NCBI GenBank assembly: GCA_029953675.1
Contig: JAMWBK010000006.1
Location: forward strand, 434,001-498,000
Source of the DNA: Rhodosorus marinus CCMP1338
Lineage: Eukaryota; Plantae; Rhodophyta
Direction of reading: 5' to 3'
Length of the DNA stretch: 64,000 bases
Shown: positions 1 through 14,379 of the stretch, one piece after another
Position numbering within the stretch: the first letter of the stretch is position 1
Layout: each line of letters opens with the position of its first letter
Translations under genes and position numbers: made by a program
Notes under the pieces: model-generated
What the model saw: only the letters and a program-made list of their open reading frames with translations
Databases searched by the model: none
Told to the model about the DNA's origin: nothing

Positions 1-3000
1 TGCTTCCGGTGGGTTCAAGTAGGTTGCCAATGTACCGTAAGGACGCGACCCTGAACTCTGCAAGAAGTCCAGTATCCCATCCTTCACCGCCGAGTTCCTT
101 TTCATGACCTTCTCGGCTACAGCCAGGTTGAGGAGAAGCACTGCGCAGAGCGCAGCAATGTCATCCGCAGCTTCCCCAGCCAACAGCGCTGAGTTCATCA
201 AATACTGGAGCTCAGCGGTGGTGACCTGCTTCGCCCTGTTCCGTATCCGACGACAAGCGCCTGGGGAGCTTCGTGCCCTTTCCATATGCATTGCAAAATT
301 TACACCGACGTCGGAGCCTATTGAGGTCCTCACAATATCCTCCTGGCGCTCAGACTTGGACTTCAAGTCTGCGAGCACGTCAAAATCACCAGAGCTACTG
401 GCCGCGTTGATGGCACCAAAAACCTGTTATGGACGGGGATCGGAGTGCACCGCAAAAAACAGTGTTGTCAGTCACTCAGATTAATGCTCAGCATGGGCGC
501 TTCTTGCATTAGCATCGTTAACAACTCACCAATTCCCCGGTTGGCTCGTCCCAAATAAAGGAAACATGCATTTGGATCCCGACTAACTTGAAATCAGATA
601 CCATCGGCCCCCTTTCTTTTGACAAGAATAGGGAAAGGGGAAAGTCCAGATAGAGGCATAGTGATGAAAGAGATCTGAAATTATCCGCCGCAAGTAAAAG
701 GCGTGCCTTTCGGATCACGCTGGCGGTTATGGACGGATGCGCTCTGTTCATTGGACTGGCAGATACAATATAGTCATATGATCCAGCCCTACGCGGGGCC
801 GGAGAATTGGACGCGGCTATTTCAGCGTTGTCAAGAAAATGCCTCAGATCAGACGCAAGATCGTAGCAGCCTTCTTCAATCTGATTCGTCAAAGTATGGA
901 ACAGAAGCTTCAATGATCAGGTCGAGTATCAGCGGTAGCACGAAAATTACTGGGCGCTGGGATAGAGATGGTTGGGCTAGATATACTCACCACTCTGTCT
1001 AGCAGTCTCGCAATATGATGCAAGGAACTCAGAAGACCCCACATTTCTTGCAGGACGATCAGAAGACAGGCTGCGCTTCGAAACTGCTTTGACATATAGC
1101 ACATCTCAAGCAAAGCTGCGGGTTCACCGACTTCAGCGAACAGAAGTGGCCACTTCTTAGATTCCATTTTCCTCGCGCAACGAATCACAATATCCTCGTA
1201 TTCACCAAAATAATGTAGCAGTCGCAAGACGCGAGACCGGAATTCCCTCTGCACGAATACCAAAGTTAGACAGAACAGTGACGAATTAGCGTTCTCATCG
1301 ACAACGTGGGAACTACGAGTTCCAGAAATTCCCACCTTTTCGTACGTTCCACCACCTCTGCCGTTGCCGTTTTCCATGTCGTCGCTGACAGCTTCGAATA
1401 GTAGCCACTCAAGCGAATCCACGAACTGAGGTAGGTCAAGGCATTGGTAGGCAAACTTCAGAGCGTCTTTGTCGTCGGAAGTTCTTAGCAGATGACTCAA
1501 CACCCTGAAACAGACAAATATTTGGCAACGTGTGGGCTAAGCGAATTGGTATAAAAGATGAGCTCCCGGGATTCGAAGACATACCGATGGAAGAAAGGCT
1601 GGCCGCGGACGTCAATTGAGCAAAAAGGTACGACTACACCAGCACCCCCAACAACATCCGGTTCCACTTTCTGGGATATTCCAATCATCATTCCAGACCG
1701 CAGGCTAACACCGATCGGATACGCCTCAGGGTCGGGTTCAAACCATTTCTCAACAAAGCCTTCCGCACTTCGGCTCCTTGGATGTTGAGCATGCTCTTGA
1801 AGGAGCTCTTTGAATTCCGAGGCAAAGCATACTTTCACTCCATCGTCGCCCAAAGCCCAGAAAACCGGGCGCGTCTTGCTAGAATCAAAATGCACAGACT
1901 TAGAAGTATAATTGTTCGAGTACCAAAACTGCTCCACATTTCGAAGAAGGGGTACAGACATCATGCTCGACTTGCGGCAGATACAAAGGAGAAGAGCACA
2001 CTTGGAATTCAGTAAACAAAGATCAGCCCCTTGGACGGACACACGTATAATATTATTCACGGGTACAACGGGCGACTCTATGATTTGATTTCGCCTACCA
2101 TGTCCACAAAGATCAGAGTCCCCGTGCTTCGAACCATCATCAACTTCGACGGTCCTGTGATTTCACTGTCCCCATCTAACTCCGGCATGTCTACCGGTGG
2201 AAAAATACGCGCGACGGAAATTCCCCCGCCGGGGATCTTCGAAGAATCTTTGCTAGAGTTTGATTCTCTGGTAGGAAGAATCATCTTTGCATGCTGCATA
2301 CAAGATAAATTCTGTCGTGAGTAAACAACTCCCTCTACCCTACCAGAAATTCCTTGTAAACATTTCTGGCATGGATTTAGGTGTTGCAGCCTACCAGCGT
2401 TACTTGAGTTGTGCGAGAATCTATCTCCAGTCTATACAAGTATAAAAGGGAGTTTTCACAGACCACCAGCAGATAGCCGTCCTCTCGAACGTCAACGAGG
2501 ATTGGTTTCGCGGGAATCGCAACATGCGGTTGTGCTCTTGGGCTAGCGTTGGCCTCCCTCGAAAGGATGTTGAGCTCGTATTTGGTTTCGCCGTTAGCCT
2601 AGACAAGCAGAGCAAGTACCCCATTTTCAGGACCTTTTGGCGTAGATGGCGAGGACAGCGCTTACCCCTGCCGAAATCGAAACAAGCGTCTGGGGTGCAA
2701 GAGTCCAGTCTCTGCAGAACGTACCTCTATTAGTTCGTTAAAAATTAGCAGAGTTTTCCCAATCCAAGCCAACGCACAGCATTTGTTATGACTGCCCGGA
2801 GTTAAGTCCCCAAATATCCTCCACCGACGCGTAGCAATGTTACAAACCGCAACACCTTTGGATGCAGCCACCGCTACCAGCGACCTCTATGAGCAGCAGA
2901 ACCGTGGTTTGAGTGAGTCCAGTACGGTCCCATCTAGAAATTTACTGCTGTGCAGTTACAATTTTCATACCTCATTATTCACAGATATAAATTCAGGTGG

Positions 3001-4870
3001 CCAAGTTGTCCGAAGGTAACTCAGCGGGATGAGCAATTGCTGAAAATCTGAGGACTCTCTACCATTTTCATCTGGATAGCTCAGGATCATGACCTTGTCA
3101 TAGCCAATTAGCGAAGATCGCGTGGATTCGGATTGATCAGCATTGCAAAGAACTCCACTTCGGTAAAGCGCCATCTCGGAAATACAATGACTCAGTTTCA
3201 TCCTCCCAGTGAGAATTGAACTCCACAAGAAGAAGCCTCTGGGTCCCCACTCCAGAGCTATGGATTTTCCTTCCTGACTAAACGGCGTCCACATTCTTTT
3301 TGCGTTGTCACCCTTAAAAGTTGGCCTTGGGCTGTACTGAGTCTGCGCCTCCTTCGATATCCAGAGTATTCTGCAACCGGAAATAGACCATACCTGTACA
3401 CCAGACACACGTAAGCGATATTGATATGAGCGATCGGACGGCCTCTGTACAAAACGACCGAGGTACAGTTCTTCAGTTTCCTACCGCCAGTCCACACTTT
3501 TCCCAGGCGATCGCCAAGGCAGTTCCGTCTCGGGACCATCGAAGTCCTGAAACCGGTCCTGTTTGATCGGGATCAGCTTGCCAGGATTCCAGCGAAACTG
3601 TTTTTAAAAGTGTGCAGGAATCTCCGGGCGTATATCCTATGTGCATGTGGTTTACGTCACCGTTCCTCAAGCCTACGGTGACAAACATTCGTCTAACCGC
3701 AACAGAGAGTTCTTTCGATTAGTGACCCACCAACGGAGAACTGTCCTTCTACACAGTTCAGAATGAGGGATCCTAGACCGCACCTGCTTTCTAGAGCAAG
3801 AGAAGTAACATCTACGCACTCAAGCCAGCGCGTTTGCGACAGCTCTGGTGGGGTGGCAGCCCCGTCTGGGAAGGAGAGAAGAAAAGCCAGGCCATTGCCG
3901 AGCACTACTCCGCAGATTTCCAATTTGTTGTTGAATTCAAGTTTCAAAACTCCTCCGAAGGATTGATTCTCGTCCTGATGCAGGATCTCGCCGGTTGCAA
4001 CGTCGGACGAAGCCACACGCTGAAGGAGGCCCAATTTTCTCACTGTTTCACTCAGTTGCAGAAAATCTGGAATTTTTATCCTCCATATCACCTGATCAGG
4101 GATTTCACACCCGCAAGCTTCCGGTCAGTATGGGGTTGACTATGCCAAGGCTCCCCATAGTCTATTGTACTTACATCTCCATTGAGAGACAGGCACGAAA
4201 ATATTCCACGTGACGTGCCAATCAATAGCCCAGCAGGACAAACAGTCAAAGAGGTAACAAAGTCAACCGCAGTGCCATTGTCGTCCGGGAATCCTGACGC
4301 TACGCGCTCGACTCTCAATTTGAGCCTTGCTGTTTCATCTTTGCTCGCTATGTGCAATGGATTTTGATGATCCACACCCCTGTCACTTATACTCAAACGA
4401 CTGGTTCCCGCAACCTGACAGAGGGAAGGAAGCATTTAGGTGAGTCGATCTAAACCAGCTGGAGCTCAGCCAGCGATCCGAAATTCACAGCTCATTCCCG
4501 AGCTCTTTGACGTGTCAATCATTTGTACTACTTTGAATTTCCTCTTGGCTCGAATCCACAGAGAGGTTCAGCCACGAACGGCGTTTGGACTCACCTCCGA
4601 ATACTTTACAATATACACTTCGCCTTGTCGCGATACGCAGACGATTTGACCCCTAACAAAGCTCCAATCAGCTCCTACCAGTACATCATCATCACAAACA
4701 GAGACGCTGCCCAGAACTACTCTACTTCTGCCTCCATTCCAGACCACTACATTCCGACCACAAACCCCTAACAAATACTTCTCATCCTGGTCGAGCTTGA
4801 GAATACTAGCCGGACCGTCCTCCTCCGGTAGCCGATATTTCTTGGGAAAACCAATCGTAAGATAGGCCAT
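1..4870 (-). CDS. RIC1: RIC1 / RAB6A-GEF complex partner protein 1 (multi-exon, 3' end runs off the window)
   Basis: N-terminus MAYLTIGFPKKYRL resembles the RIC1 start (MY..GWP). WD40-like exons follow, then RIC1-domain motifs LEWLLF, HYFGEYEDIVIRCARKMESKKWPLLF..G.PAALLEMCY..KQFRSAACLLIVLQ and CYDLASDLRHFL. After an intron at about 525-424 the frame stays open to base 1. Confidence 0.85.
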
Positions 4871-5459
4871 CCTCCAAGGAACATTCCGAAACAACGAGCT
4901 TCGTCTACCTTCCCCATTCCCACTCTAACACTCACCCCATGCCCCCCATCCAAACCCGTCCCAATCAAGCCTTCTCCCAAACACCTCACCTTCCCCAAAA
5001 ATTAAGTCTACTGAAAACCTTACAAATTTCTGCCAAATTCAACAAACAATGCTGTACTGTCCCTACCTTTTCATTTCCTTTGCCATTATGGCAGAAAAGG
5101 CAACGATCTTGTATCATTCGCCACGCCAGCCTTCCTTAGCTTTGGCTGGCAAAACTTTTTTTTCTAATTGATAATACACTAATTCTTCGTTTTTGATATC
5201 ATCTTCATGTGTTTTGCCCTAGAAAAGTGGAAAGAAACCCTTGTCTTTCATAAAATAATCAAAATTTTGATGACGGCAAACGCAGGAAAAGGAGGAAGGA
5301 GGCTTCCAACGCTTGCTGGGGATCCGACTACAGGGTGTTTGGCTTTGGTCGCTAGAGCGCTGGAATAGAGTGGGTGTATTTATGACAATTGAGCGGGACC
5401 GATCGTCTGTACAGAACATTTTACTGAGAGCGTCGGGTTCTCCGTGAGCATAGATAGGT

Positions 5460-7934
5460 TCACAGGAGTCCTGGCGTTTTCAAGGAGGGTTCGGGCGATT
5501 TGGGGAGTTCAACTTTCACGGGCGAAGGAGTCCTCATACGTATGATCTCATGTAGAGGAGATGACTCGTCATCAATTGTTTCAGGGCCAGGGGATGTCAC
5601 AGTCGTACTCTCATTCGGCATGGCCTTTAGCAGTGCAGATCTTGCTACAAGCTCGGCTGCAGCTGCACCATCTGCTCGAATTGGTGTTCGTTCTACGGGA
5701 AGGGTCTAGGAGAGCAAAGAAATATTTATGCGTCAGAGATCAACCTCTAAGCAGGTCCAAAGTTTGTCATAAATTGTCGTACAGGTGTCCTATGGACTTC
5801 GCTGTCCACAGATATGGCCACAGGTTCGTACTGCGACCGCATGTCCTTTAAGTCCGGCGGACAGTCTAGATATGATACGGAAAGTCTGTGATTTATGGGA
5901 GTTTCGATAACTGTGCGCATATGATACCTCCTGAACTGGTCCACAGGTCGAGGATGCTTCAACTCCAGCAGATTTTGCCGAGCATCCTTATCTCCCTTCC
6001 CCACTGAGGACCTCACCTCGACAACGCTTCCATACTTCGGAAGTCTTTCGGTCTTCAAAGCCTCAACCAGCTGCTGTTCCTTCCTTGCCAGCGAGCCGAA
6101 ATCGAGCTCGGCGGAGCTCATCGGCTCCGCCTTCACCAGAATATCTACAAACCCCATTCCTTACCAGAGACCAGCCGCACTTATTACAACACTCTAGTTA
6201 GCCCATGCTATCCTGATTTCGTCGCAGAGCACATCAGTGCAAAAGAACTCACATTTACATCCTCGCTCAGCTTCATAGAAATATTCAACAGCCGCATAGA
6301 GACTCTAAATCCACACAAAGCGATGCGAAGACTTTCAAAATCTTGTCGTAACGCCAATGACTCACAATACGCAAACAATTGAAAATTTTCTTGATTGATT
6401 ACAGTCAATTTCTTCTTTACGGAAGTCAGTCTTTTCAAAATTTGATTGCTTTCAGTCATTATGTTAAGTTCGCGAAAACCGTTCAGCGGGGACTTGTTGG
6501 AATGAGATCACTTCAACAACCTTAGCATGCTCAGACTTTGTGGGCTCTGAATAATGCACGATCATCGTCGATAACGGATACTCTGGCGATACTCCCGATC
6601 TGATGGCACGACTTCCATAATAATTGTCTCTAGTCGAGGAAACCTGCCCGTCTCGAACTCAGCTATAGCGTCAGCAACTAGGTTGGTTCAGCAGCTTTGA
6701 CAGTTTGGTTCCAGGAAATGGGAGCTCTCGCTGGCTGTTTCACCTTTGTCGCTTAACTCACTTGGCCCGAATCCGACGCATCTAAATCGTGAATCAGCTG
6801 GTTCTGGGTTGCAACAGTTAGCTTTTGCTGTTGCCCGAGGACTCAATTCGAGGCTATCCTTCCGAGTACTGAACACCTGCGCCCCCCTTCGGAAACAGGT
6901 ATTTGGTCAACTGCCGCTATCAGAATCTGTCTTTTGTCTTGGTCTCATCGATTTTACTCTCAACTTGAGCACCTGACCTCGCGTCAAATGTCTGTCGTAC
7001 AAAATGGTCAGAGTCTTCGGCCCTTGAGGATGGACTGAGTTCCTCGTCCCTCTCCTCCGCAGCTGAATGAGCGTATAGAAATCAGCCACTATCATCATGT
7101 CCGTCCTGTGCAAAAGTTGTCTTGGAGGCAGAAGTTTTCATTTGTTTCTTGTGAATATGTTCAAGGCCCGTTCCATGTGTCCGTTAGGGGCTAATCCACA
7201 TCATGTCCGAAGTACCTCAGATTGCGACAAGCTGTTCAAAGCGACGACCAAGCCGCTCATGCAGCGAGCCGTGGATGCACTTGACACAAGCAGACACGTC
7301 CGTGCCCGTGCAAGGCAGAAACATCACTCAAAATATCAATTTATTCATCCCGAATACTCTCGAAGGCAGGCTACCCTTGCTGCCGTGTTTTATACAAACG
7401 CATGATCCTTGCTCAAGCGCGAAAATAAATGTTCCCTTCTACTGATTTATAAGCAGAACCCCTCTCCACTATATACGACCGTTCATGAAATACTATTACC
7501 GAGGCCTTCAGATTATCTGAGGCACGAAACTCGAAGTAATCCACAAGGCCACCGCCTTAGACTCCTTCGTATCTTTGCCCTCCTGCATTGTCTTCAGATC
7601 CACTGGCTTTGCGCCAGAATATCCCGTCCCAGCTTTCTGCTCGAATGTAAGCGGCATTCTTCCTTGAGCAACCATTGACGACATCCTTTTCACGGTATTC
7701 GTTCTCTATCTCTCCCTGTATCTGGCTCTCTCTTCCTGCAGCGCTTCACAAACTTCTTCACAGGCTCAATCCTAACCTTATGTACCTGTTGATCATCGCC
7801 ATTGCAGCAATTCTTGCCTAATCTCTCAAGAAAGCAACAAATTTGCTCGTGATCATCTCATCTCCTTCAAAACCCCCGGGCAATTCGCTACTTGGCGTCT
7901 TACATCCAAAAGCAAGGATGACACCACTCTCCAT
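5460..7934 (-). CDS. Hypothetical multi-exon protein(s), unresolved
   Basis: Protein-like ORF pieces at 6208-6459 (helical or coiled-coil-like) and 5747-6157, the latter joined by a GT-AG intron (about 5781-5706) to a P/S/T-rich last exon ending TGA at 5460. A C/A-rich leader at about 8200-8330 suggests a minus-strand start near ATG 7934. The full exon chain could not be assembled and may be two genes. Confidence 0.35.
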
Positions 7935-9466
7935 GAAAAAGAAAAGAAAAATCCAAAGACCCCTTGGTTTAGATTCTTTTTCAATGTGATTTGCTGGATC
8001 ATACAAATCACCCTGAATATTAACTTTCTACCTAATAATTTCCCGTATTTCTGGAGGTATCTTTTTCCCCTCCTCAAAGAAACCATTTTCCATGCTGATT
8101 GACTAAGCAATTGAAAAACAAAAAAACAGAGCCCGAGTTCCAAAAAGGGGTAATTGATCAAAATTACCACTGGGGTAGATTGCCTTCTAAATTTTCTCCT
8201 TTATAGTGTTCTCAAATAGATACACCTTTTTTCCCAACACCCCCCTCCCTTCATCCTATTCCCCGCGCGCCCCCCCTCATTCAAAAAAACGACAAAATTA
8301 GATTTCCGTGGACGGGGGGACGAAAAACCAGAACAAATCAGCTGAAATTGAAGATCGGAAGGGCCAATCAATACTGAACGCATGGTGATGGTCTGCCCCA
8401 TCCATAAAATTTATATTTTTCCATTTATAGGGGCTTGCGCCCCTCCGGGGGGGGTATTTTCAGATCACCGTGTGTGTTTTTTTGAACTAATTTCTTCTGA
8501 CTGCAATTTTTTTTGGTGCCGCCTGTTCGTATTTTAGGTTCGATGAAAGGAAATTTAATTTGTTTCAGTAATAAAATCGAAGATACAGTCAATATATGAT
8601 GGAAATCTCGTAATAGTTTTATTATATGAATATAATTTATTTGTTTAGTTGGATAAATTGATGAAATTGACTTATTGAAAGATTCTTTCGATTCGGTTGG
8701 CGTTGTCAAGGTGTTCCACCACTTGGATCAGCTCATTAGCGCTGGGTGAACCACTGCTTATTTGTCATGTCTAGGACTGAATAAAATGGACTATCTAGAG
8801 TCTTGATGGTCTACTAATTCAGTATCAAGGGGTGACACTTAAAATATTGTATTTTTGAGGATGTTGGTGGGGATTTGCAACCGATGGGCTGAGGCGGCTT
8901 GCGTAACTCCTGTCAGGCCCCTCTCTCCGCGAATCCGGAGCACGTTGGAACTCTGTCCAGACGGTGGAGGGTTCTTCCAACTGAAGGGCTTCTGCGCGAC
9001 CTCCTCCAAGAAATACCAGGCAAGCCCAAATCCCTCCAGAGGGCAGAGCTCTTCCATGAATGACATTGCCATCTCGAATATTGAAGACTTTATTCCGTCG
9101 TGGATTCGTGGCACATTGTCTACTTGGCGCAGCTGTAAACACTCCAGAGGACAATTTTCCTAGTGCTAGGCAGCGTCAGACCGCATCTTGGTAGATTCGT
9201 AACTGTTCAACATTTCGTGTGACGACAGCATCATGTGGACTGGGGTTTCCTGTTGTCCAGGTCCTGATCACCGCAGTGGTCAGTTTGGAACAAACGTCAA
9301 GGAATTTCGGATTCAACCGCACCAGCATGGAAGATTTTGCTCCGCTGGTTGAAGTTTCTACATGGCCTCGTGTAGCACGGTCTAAACCGACTTTGTGCTA
9401 GATCCTAGCATAAATGAGGAGGAATCGCATGGTGCAACCGCTGCGCGTGGGTGTCATCCAGGGATC

Positions 9467-10613
9467 CTATAGCCGCGCACCAAATCCCGGCGACCACCTG
9501 TCGTTATAAATCGAGTATCGACGGAAACTCTCTTCTCTAAGCGTCTTCGACACATCACCGAGCCTAGGCCTCTGCTCACTAACATCGAGGATTTCCACAG
9601 ACCCATCAGGACGCTCCAAGTATGCAAGCCAAGGTTGGCCTTCCGCCTTATATACCCAACCTTTCGAAATCCGTTTCAGAAAGTATGATTGCTCGTACTC
9701 TTTCAGCGGCCCACGCAGGTCGTAAGTCTCTACAAATGCGCTGTTTAGCATGACAACTACTCTGTCCTTTCCCTGATGAGCCGAACGGACGAGGGTTTCA
9801 TTCCGGATTGAGAATGGTTGGAAATCAGTACCAACACGGGGAAGAACACGCAAAGCGATGTTTGGCGCTATCGGCACGTACCCCATACTTCGCGCCTCTT
9901 CGCCAATTCTCGGTGGCACCCGGGTCGTTGATTATTATGAGTGCGTCATCGTCTGGTACCTTCCCTCGCTCAACGCGGTCCAAAGCGCATGCCACTTCTA
10001 CGTTCGGGGGTATCCTTGCGTCGGATTTCTTGACGGAATTGCAACAGAGTATCCACACTTTTCGGTCTGGAAAGGCTTCTGCAAGTCGAGACGCCCAATA
10101 AAAGTTCGCAAACTCGATCATGTACCTTTTCACCTTTTTCTCGTCCTCAATTCGAAAGTATCTAGCGATGTCCTCCCCGAACATTGAGTTCAATTTTGTT
10201 CCAAATTTCACCTCGTCCACATTCGGGACAGGGGGAAAGCTGATTTCTAAAGTGCGTGATCCTCCATTGACTGCTGCAACAGCAGTCTCCTGCATTTGCT
10301 TCGCGAGTTCACCATTCTGACTGAACCAGCCATCATATAGCATTGGAATTGCGAACTTGTAGAGATCCTATACGAAATATGCGTATACATTGAGCCGTAC
10401 GCCAGAGCCTTTTGTATTCCTTCCCTTCAGGAAACATACCTGATTCAAAGAACTGTCCGCCTCAGGTGCCTCTGGCTCTCCCCCGGACATGAAAACGCGA
10501 GATCCGTAGTTGGCCTGGGAAGTCTGCTGCCCTGTTTCACAAAATCGAGAGCGGTCACTCCAACTCTTCCTGGGAACCCATCGCTGGGCTCCCAACGCGA
10601 ACACGAACCCCAT
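9467..10613 (-). CDS. Plastid-targeted DUF1995-family (LPA3-like) protein, 3 exons
   Basis: Transit-like N-terminus MGFVFALG..; motifs LEISFPPVPNVDEVKFGT.LN, IEFAN.YWA, Y.LKRISKGWVY and C-terminal NDRWSPGFGARL. Introns at about 10437-10375 and 9880-9775 restore the frame. Confidence 0.75.
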
Positions 10614-12567
10614 GAAGGCCTCAGCACTGCGTAAATCAGTTGTGTCTATTCTCGCTCAATCGTACGATACCAAGCTCATCGGTCTTCACAACACGAAACA
10701 GATAAACCACTGGTTGTCTCATCGAACAACACAGAGAAAGAAAACCAAGCCCTGTCCAGCTCACCCACTGAACTTCTTCAAGGTCAGAACAGACTGTGCG
10801 CGAATACACTTATCCAAACCAATGCACCTCATTGTTGCGTATCTCCTCAGCTCATCTCTTTGCAGCAGCCGGTGAGGCACTTCAGGGTGGAGGATGCCGA
10901 GGGACGCAGCCGTCCGCCATTGGGTGGGGTACAACACGATTGGACCGTGGGTCGATGTTTTTGGTCAATTCAGTCGACTTGTTGTGGGCGAGGAAGGTAT
11001 CCCTTCCCGAGAACCCCCGCAACCTGCATCCTCGGAGGTCGGCGTTTTTCAGGGTGTGGTTCCAGGAAAGGGCATTCACTGACAAACGCGTTTCAAGCTC
11101 GTGAACCAAACGAATCATTCGTTGAACTGTATTTACATTCTCAGCAACGATTCCTATCTTCTAGACTGACCACTCCAAAGCGCTTGGCCGCCAGCTCCAC
11201 AGCCCAACAGGTCAAACTCAAGTATACAAAACAACTAATAGCCAATCAATATCTCAATCATTACTTTCATTAAAATGATTGTGCAGATTTTCCCCGGGCA
11301 ACCTGCTTTCCACCCGAAGGCTGCGGTCAGACATTGTCATGTCGGGAGCAGTACTCATGTCGGTGGTCATATTATCTTTGACATGCCTACAACATTTCCT
11401 GACCATTTGCAGTTCGAAACAACTGGTCTGGACGCGGTGTATTTTGACAGATATGTCGCATGGAGGCAGTCGATCACCTCCAACGCCTCATCGGCTCTAC
11501 GCGATGTTGCGCGAATAGTGAAAATTTTCACGTGGGGTGTGGCCCTTTGTACACGTCGATTTTGGGCGAAGTCAGGATCGAAACTCGTACGCTAGCATTG
11601 CAATGAAGAAGGCCGTCGGAAGTACAACTGCGCGCATTTGAAGAAGGCTGTAGCGAATATATCGCGGATCTTGAAGATGTTAGCTTAGACCTCTTGAAGG
11701 ACCTTGGAGAGATCGCTACACGTTTAGTCCGGCAACGCTAGACTGACGAGCTCTGCACTCGCTATCCCTTTTGATGTACAGGGATGGACGACTTTAGTTC
11801 TTAACCAGCCTCAAGGAGTTTTCCCCAGAGCTGCGGGGAAGACGAACAGGAACCAGTTGTTCGTTCAGAATAAACGAAACTTTTAATCCGGAGACCGAGA
11901 GGCAAGACCCGAACATTGGATACGGGACACCAAAGAGAGTTTCTAGTTTCCAGCGCGTGTGAGTGAGTGAGGCGTACGCAAAAGCCGCTCAAATTGATTG
12001 AAATTGGACTGAACTCCCGGGGTTTGGAATATCAGTCCTTCTCTGCTAAGCGGCGCAGTCTAGCTGTCCATATATAGCATAATTTTCGATTTATTCCTGC
12101 TTTTGCATAAAAGAAATTCCTACGTACCCCGATCAAAATATGATGAACATCCCTGAGTCAGTCAAAATTGTACTGACACTAACTCCCGTTTGTACTAACC
12201 ACGCAAAAATTGTATTAAAAATATTTTCCGGATCTCCATACCTTAGTAAATCCGTCTTAGAATTGTATTGAGTAGGATATTTTTACAACTATGAGAAGCC
12301 CCAAGAGACTTAAGGGGGAGTAGCAATGTCGAGATTCGTTAGTTATTGAATTAAAATATTTTAAAGAACTATCGTGAAGAAAACGGAACATAGAGGTAGG
12401 GGGTTGGATTTTTATTGTATTCCTCAGATATGTTTTTAACGAGTATGAAGGGTTTTTCTACTTTCAATTGGGCACCTGGTTAAGCGGTGGTGTGGAAACT
12501 TACGACATTTAGGGGAAGCTGGAAGTCATCAGGGGGGATAGGTACGGATGGAACGCTATGAGTTGCT

Positions 12568-13969
12568 ATGGTTTTGGGCTATATGAACAATCGGGAAATA
12601 CTGAATAAGAAGCTCAGGAGGGCTAAAACAGGTGTAGTGAATTGGAATGGTGTTCTTCGAGTATTGAGGAGGAGGGGGAGGAGTTTGTGAGTTTTTGAGT
12701 TTTTGGTAGGCGATAGGAAGTGCCACGTGTTTTCGCTGGTAGTATGGCAACTATGGTGGCAAAATCTTTCAGGGAGAGTGAGAAAACAGAACCTTTGCTC
12801 ACTGCAAAGCAGGCATTGGCTGGGGCGCTAGCGGGTGCGACCACATCTTTGATTTTGCACCCGTTGGATACCGCGAAGACATTTCGTCAGACGGATCCTA
12901 AGAGGTATACGGGTGTACTGAAGACGCTCAGACTCATTGCAGCAGAACGTGGCTTCACTTCTCTTTATTGCGGACTACTTCCGGCGATGCTAGGAACGGC
13001 GCCTTCGTCTGCCGTCTATTTCTCAACATATGAGCTTTCGAAAAGAACCCTGGGGAGGCTGAACGACGAACTGGACGCAGGCATTGCCAGAGTTTCGGTC
13101 AACATGTTAGCAGCTGCGTTTGGAAACGTTACGTCAAGTGCACTGTTCGTGCCAAAGGAGGTCATGAAGCAGCGTCTGCAAGTTGGCCTTGGTGGGTCCG
13201 TTCCTGAGGTGAGTCTTTTCAGCTCTATTTTCTCGCTCTCACACTCTCCCGAATGGTCATGCGATCACGAGACGGATGCAGTATGGTTTCGTATCATGTT
13301 TATTCAGCCATATGACTGCCTTCTATTCTCCAGGCTGCAACCATTCTCTATAGGGAAGCGGGTGTTCGAGGATTCTACAGCGGCTACTTTTCAACTCTTA
13401 TGCGCAACATTCCATCAAACGCGCTCAAGTTCATGCTTTATGAGGAGATCAAGCATTTCATACTGTTTCACAGCGATTCAGCAGATCTGTCCACCAAACA
13501 GCATTTGCTCGCTGGAGGTTTAGCGGGTCTTCTTTCCAGCTTCGTCACGACTCCAATGGATGTAGGCCTTGAACCCTACAGTGCTTCTCGCAAATCTTTC
13601 AAACGGGCCGTGCTCTGAACGATGGCGATCTGTGTTTCTCTTTGCTCTTCGCAGGTGATGAAGACGAAATACGCAACTGGAAAGGCAGCTAATTTAAACA
13701 TTGCTGGGCTGGCGAGTAAAATTTTGCGAGAAGAGGGTGTACGTGGCTTATTTGTGGGGCTTAGACCTCGGCTCATGTGGTCTGCTCTGTTTGCTTCGAT
13801 TGGCTTAACATGCTACGAGACTTTCAAGAAACTGCTAACCGGAGATCAGTCGCGCTGGACGGTCAAGCGAATTACTCGAACACCAGCTTCTCGAAAATGC
13901 GCGTTTCAGCCGCAAGTTGTACCAGTCAACGCCAAGTTTTGTCTCGCAAGAAAGTGCGTCATCGAATAA
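12568..13969 (+). CDS. Mitochondrial carrier family (SLC25) protein, SAM-carrier-like; start uncertain (12568 with an intron, or 12744)
   Basis: Three carrier signatures Px[DE]xx[KR]: HPLDTAKT, VPKEVMKQ and TPMDVMKT (across an intron). Also G...L..GL.P motifs and GT-AG introns after 13208 and 13561. Confidence 0.85.
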
Positions 13970-14379
13970 GCTTTCGCGAAGGAGACGTCTCAACTCTGTG
14001 GGAACGCTAGTCCGCGTCCTACTAACATCGAACAGCAACGATTTCAAGTGCTACTTTAGATCTCTCGACGGGCCAGTGCGAACCTGTCGACAGAGGCAAA
14101 CCTGTATCAAATATTCCCGTTGCCCATTGTGTACAGAGGATAATATTCTTTTTAAGTGGAGATTCATAATGGCCTCGACGCCAAGTAAAAATTATGAAGA
14201 AGTTTTACAATGGCATCATGCATCTTGGTCCACACACAAACTTTGCGAGGTACTCGTTGAATGGAAGTTTTTTTTTGTGTCTACTCAAGTTGCAACGGGC
14301 AGCAGCTTCCCGTTGCAGTTAAAAGTTCACCACAGGTAACCACAAGTGACATCCCTGCCTAGCAAGACCCGGAGTTCGT

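Noticed and set aside
8825-9420. Overlapping short ORFs downstream of the DUF1995 gene
   Set aside because: No recognisable motif or consistent splice chain; may be UTR or decayed sequence.
10882-11118. LRR- or pentapeptide-like stretch (ALSWNHTLKNADLRGCRL..FLAHNKS)
   Set aside because: Only about two imperfect repeats and no flanking exons could be attached; insufficient support.
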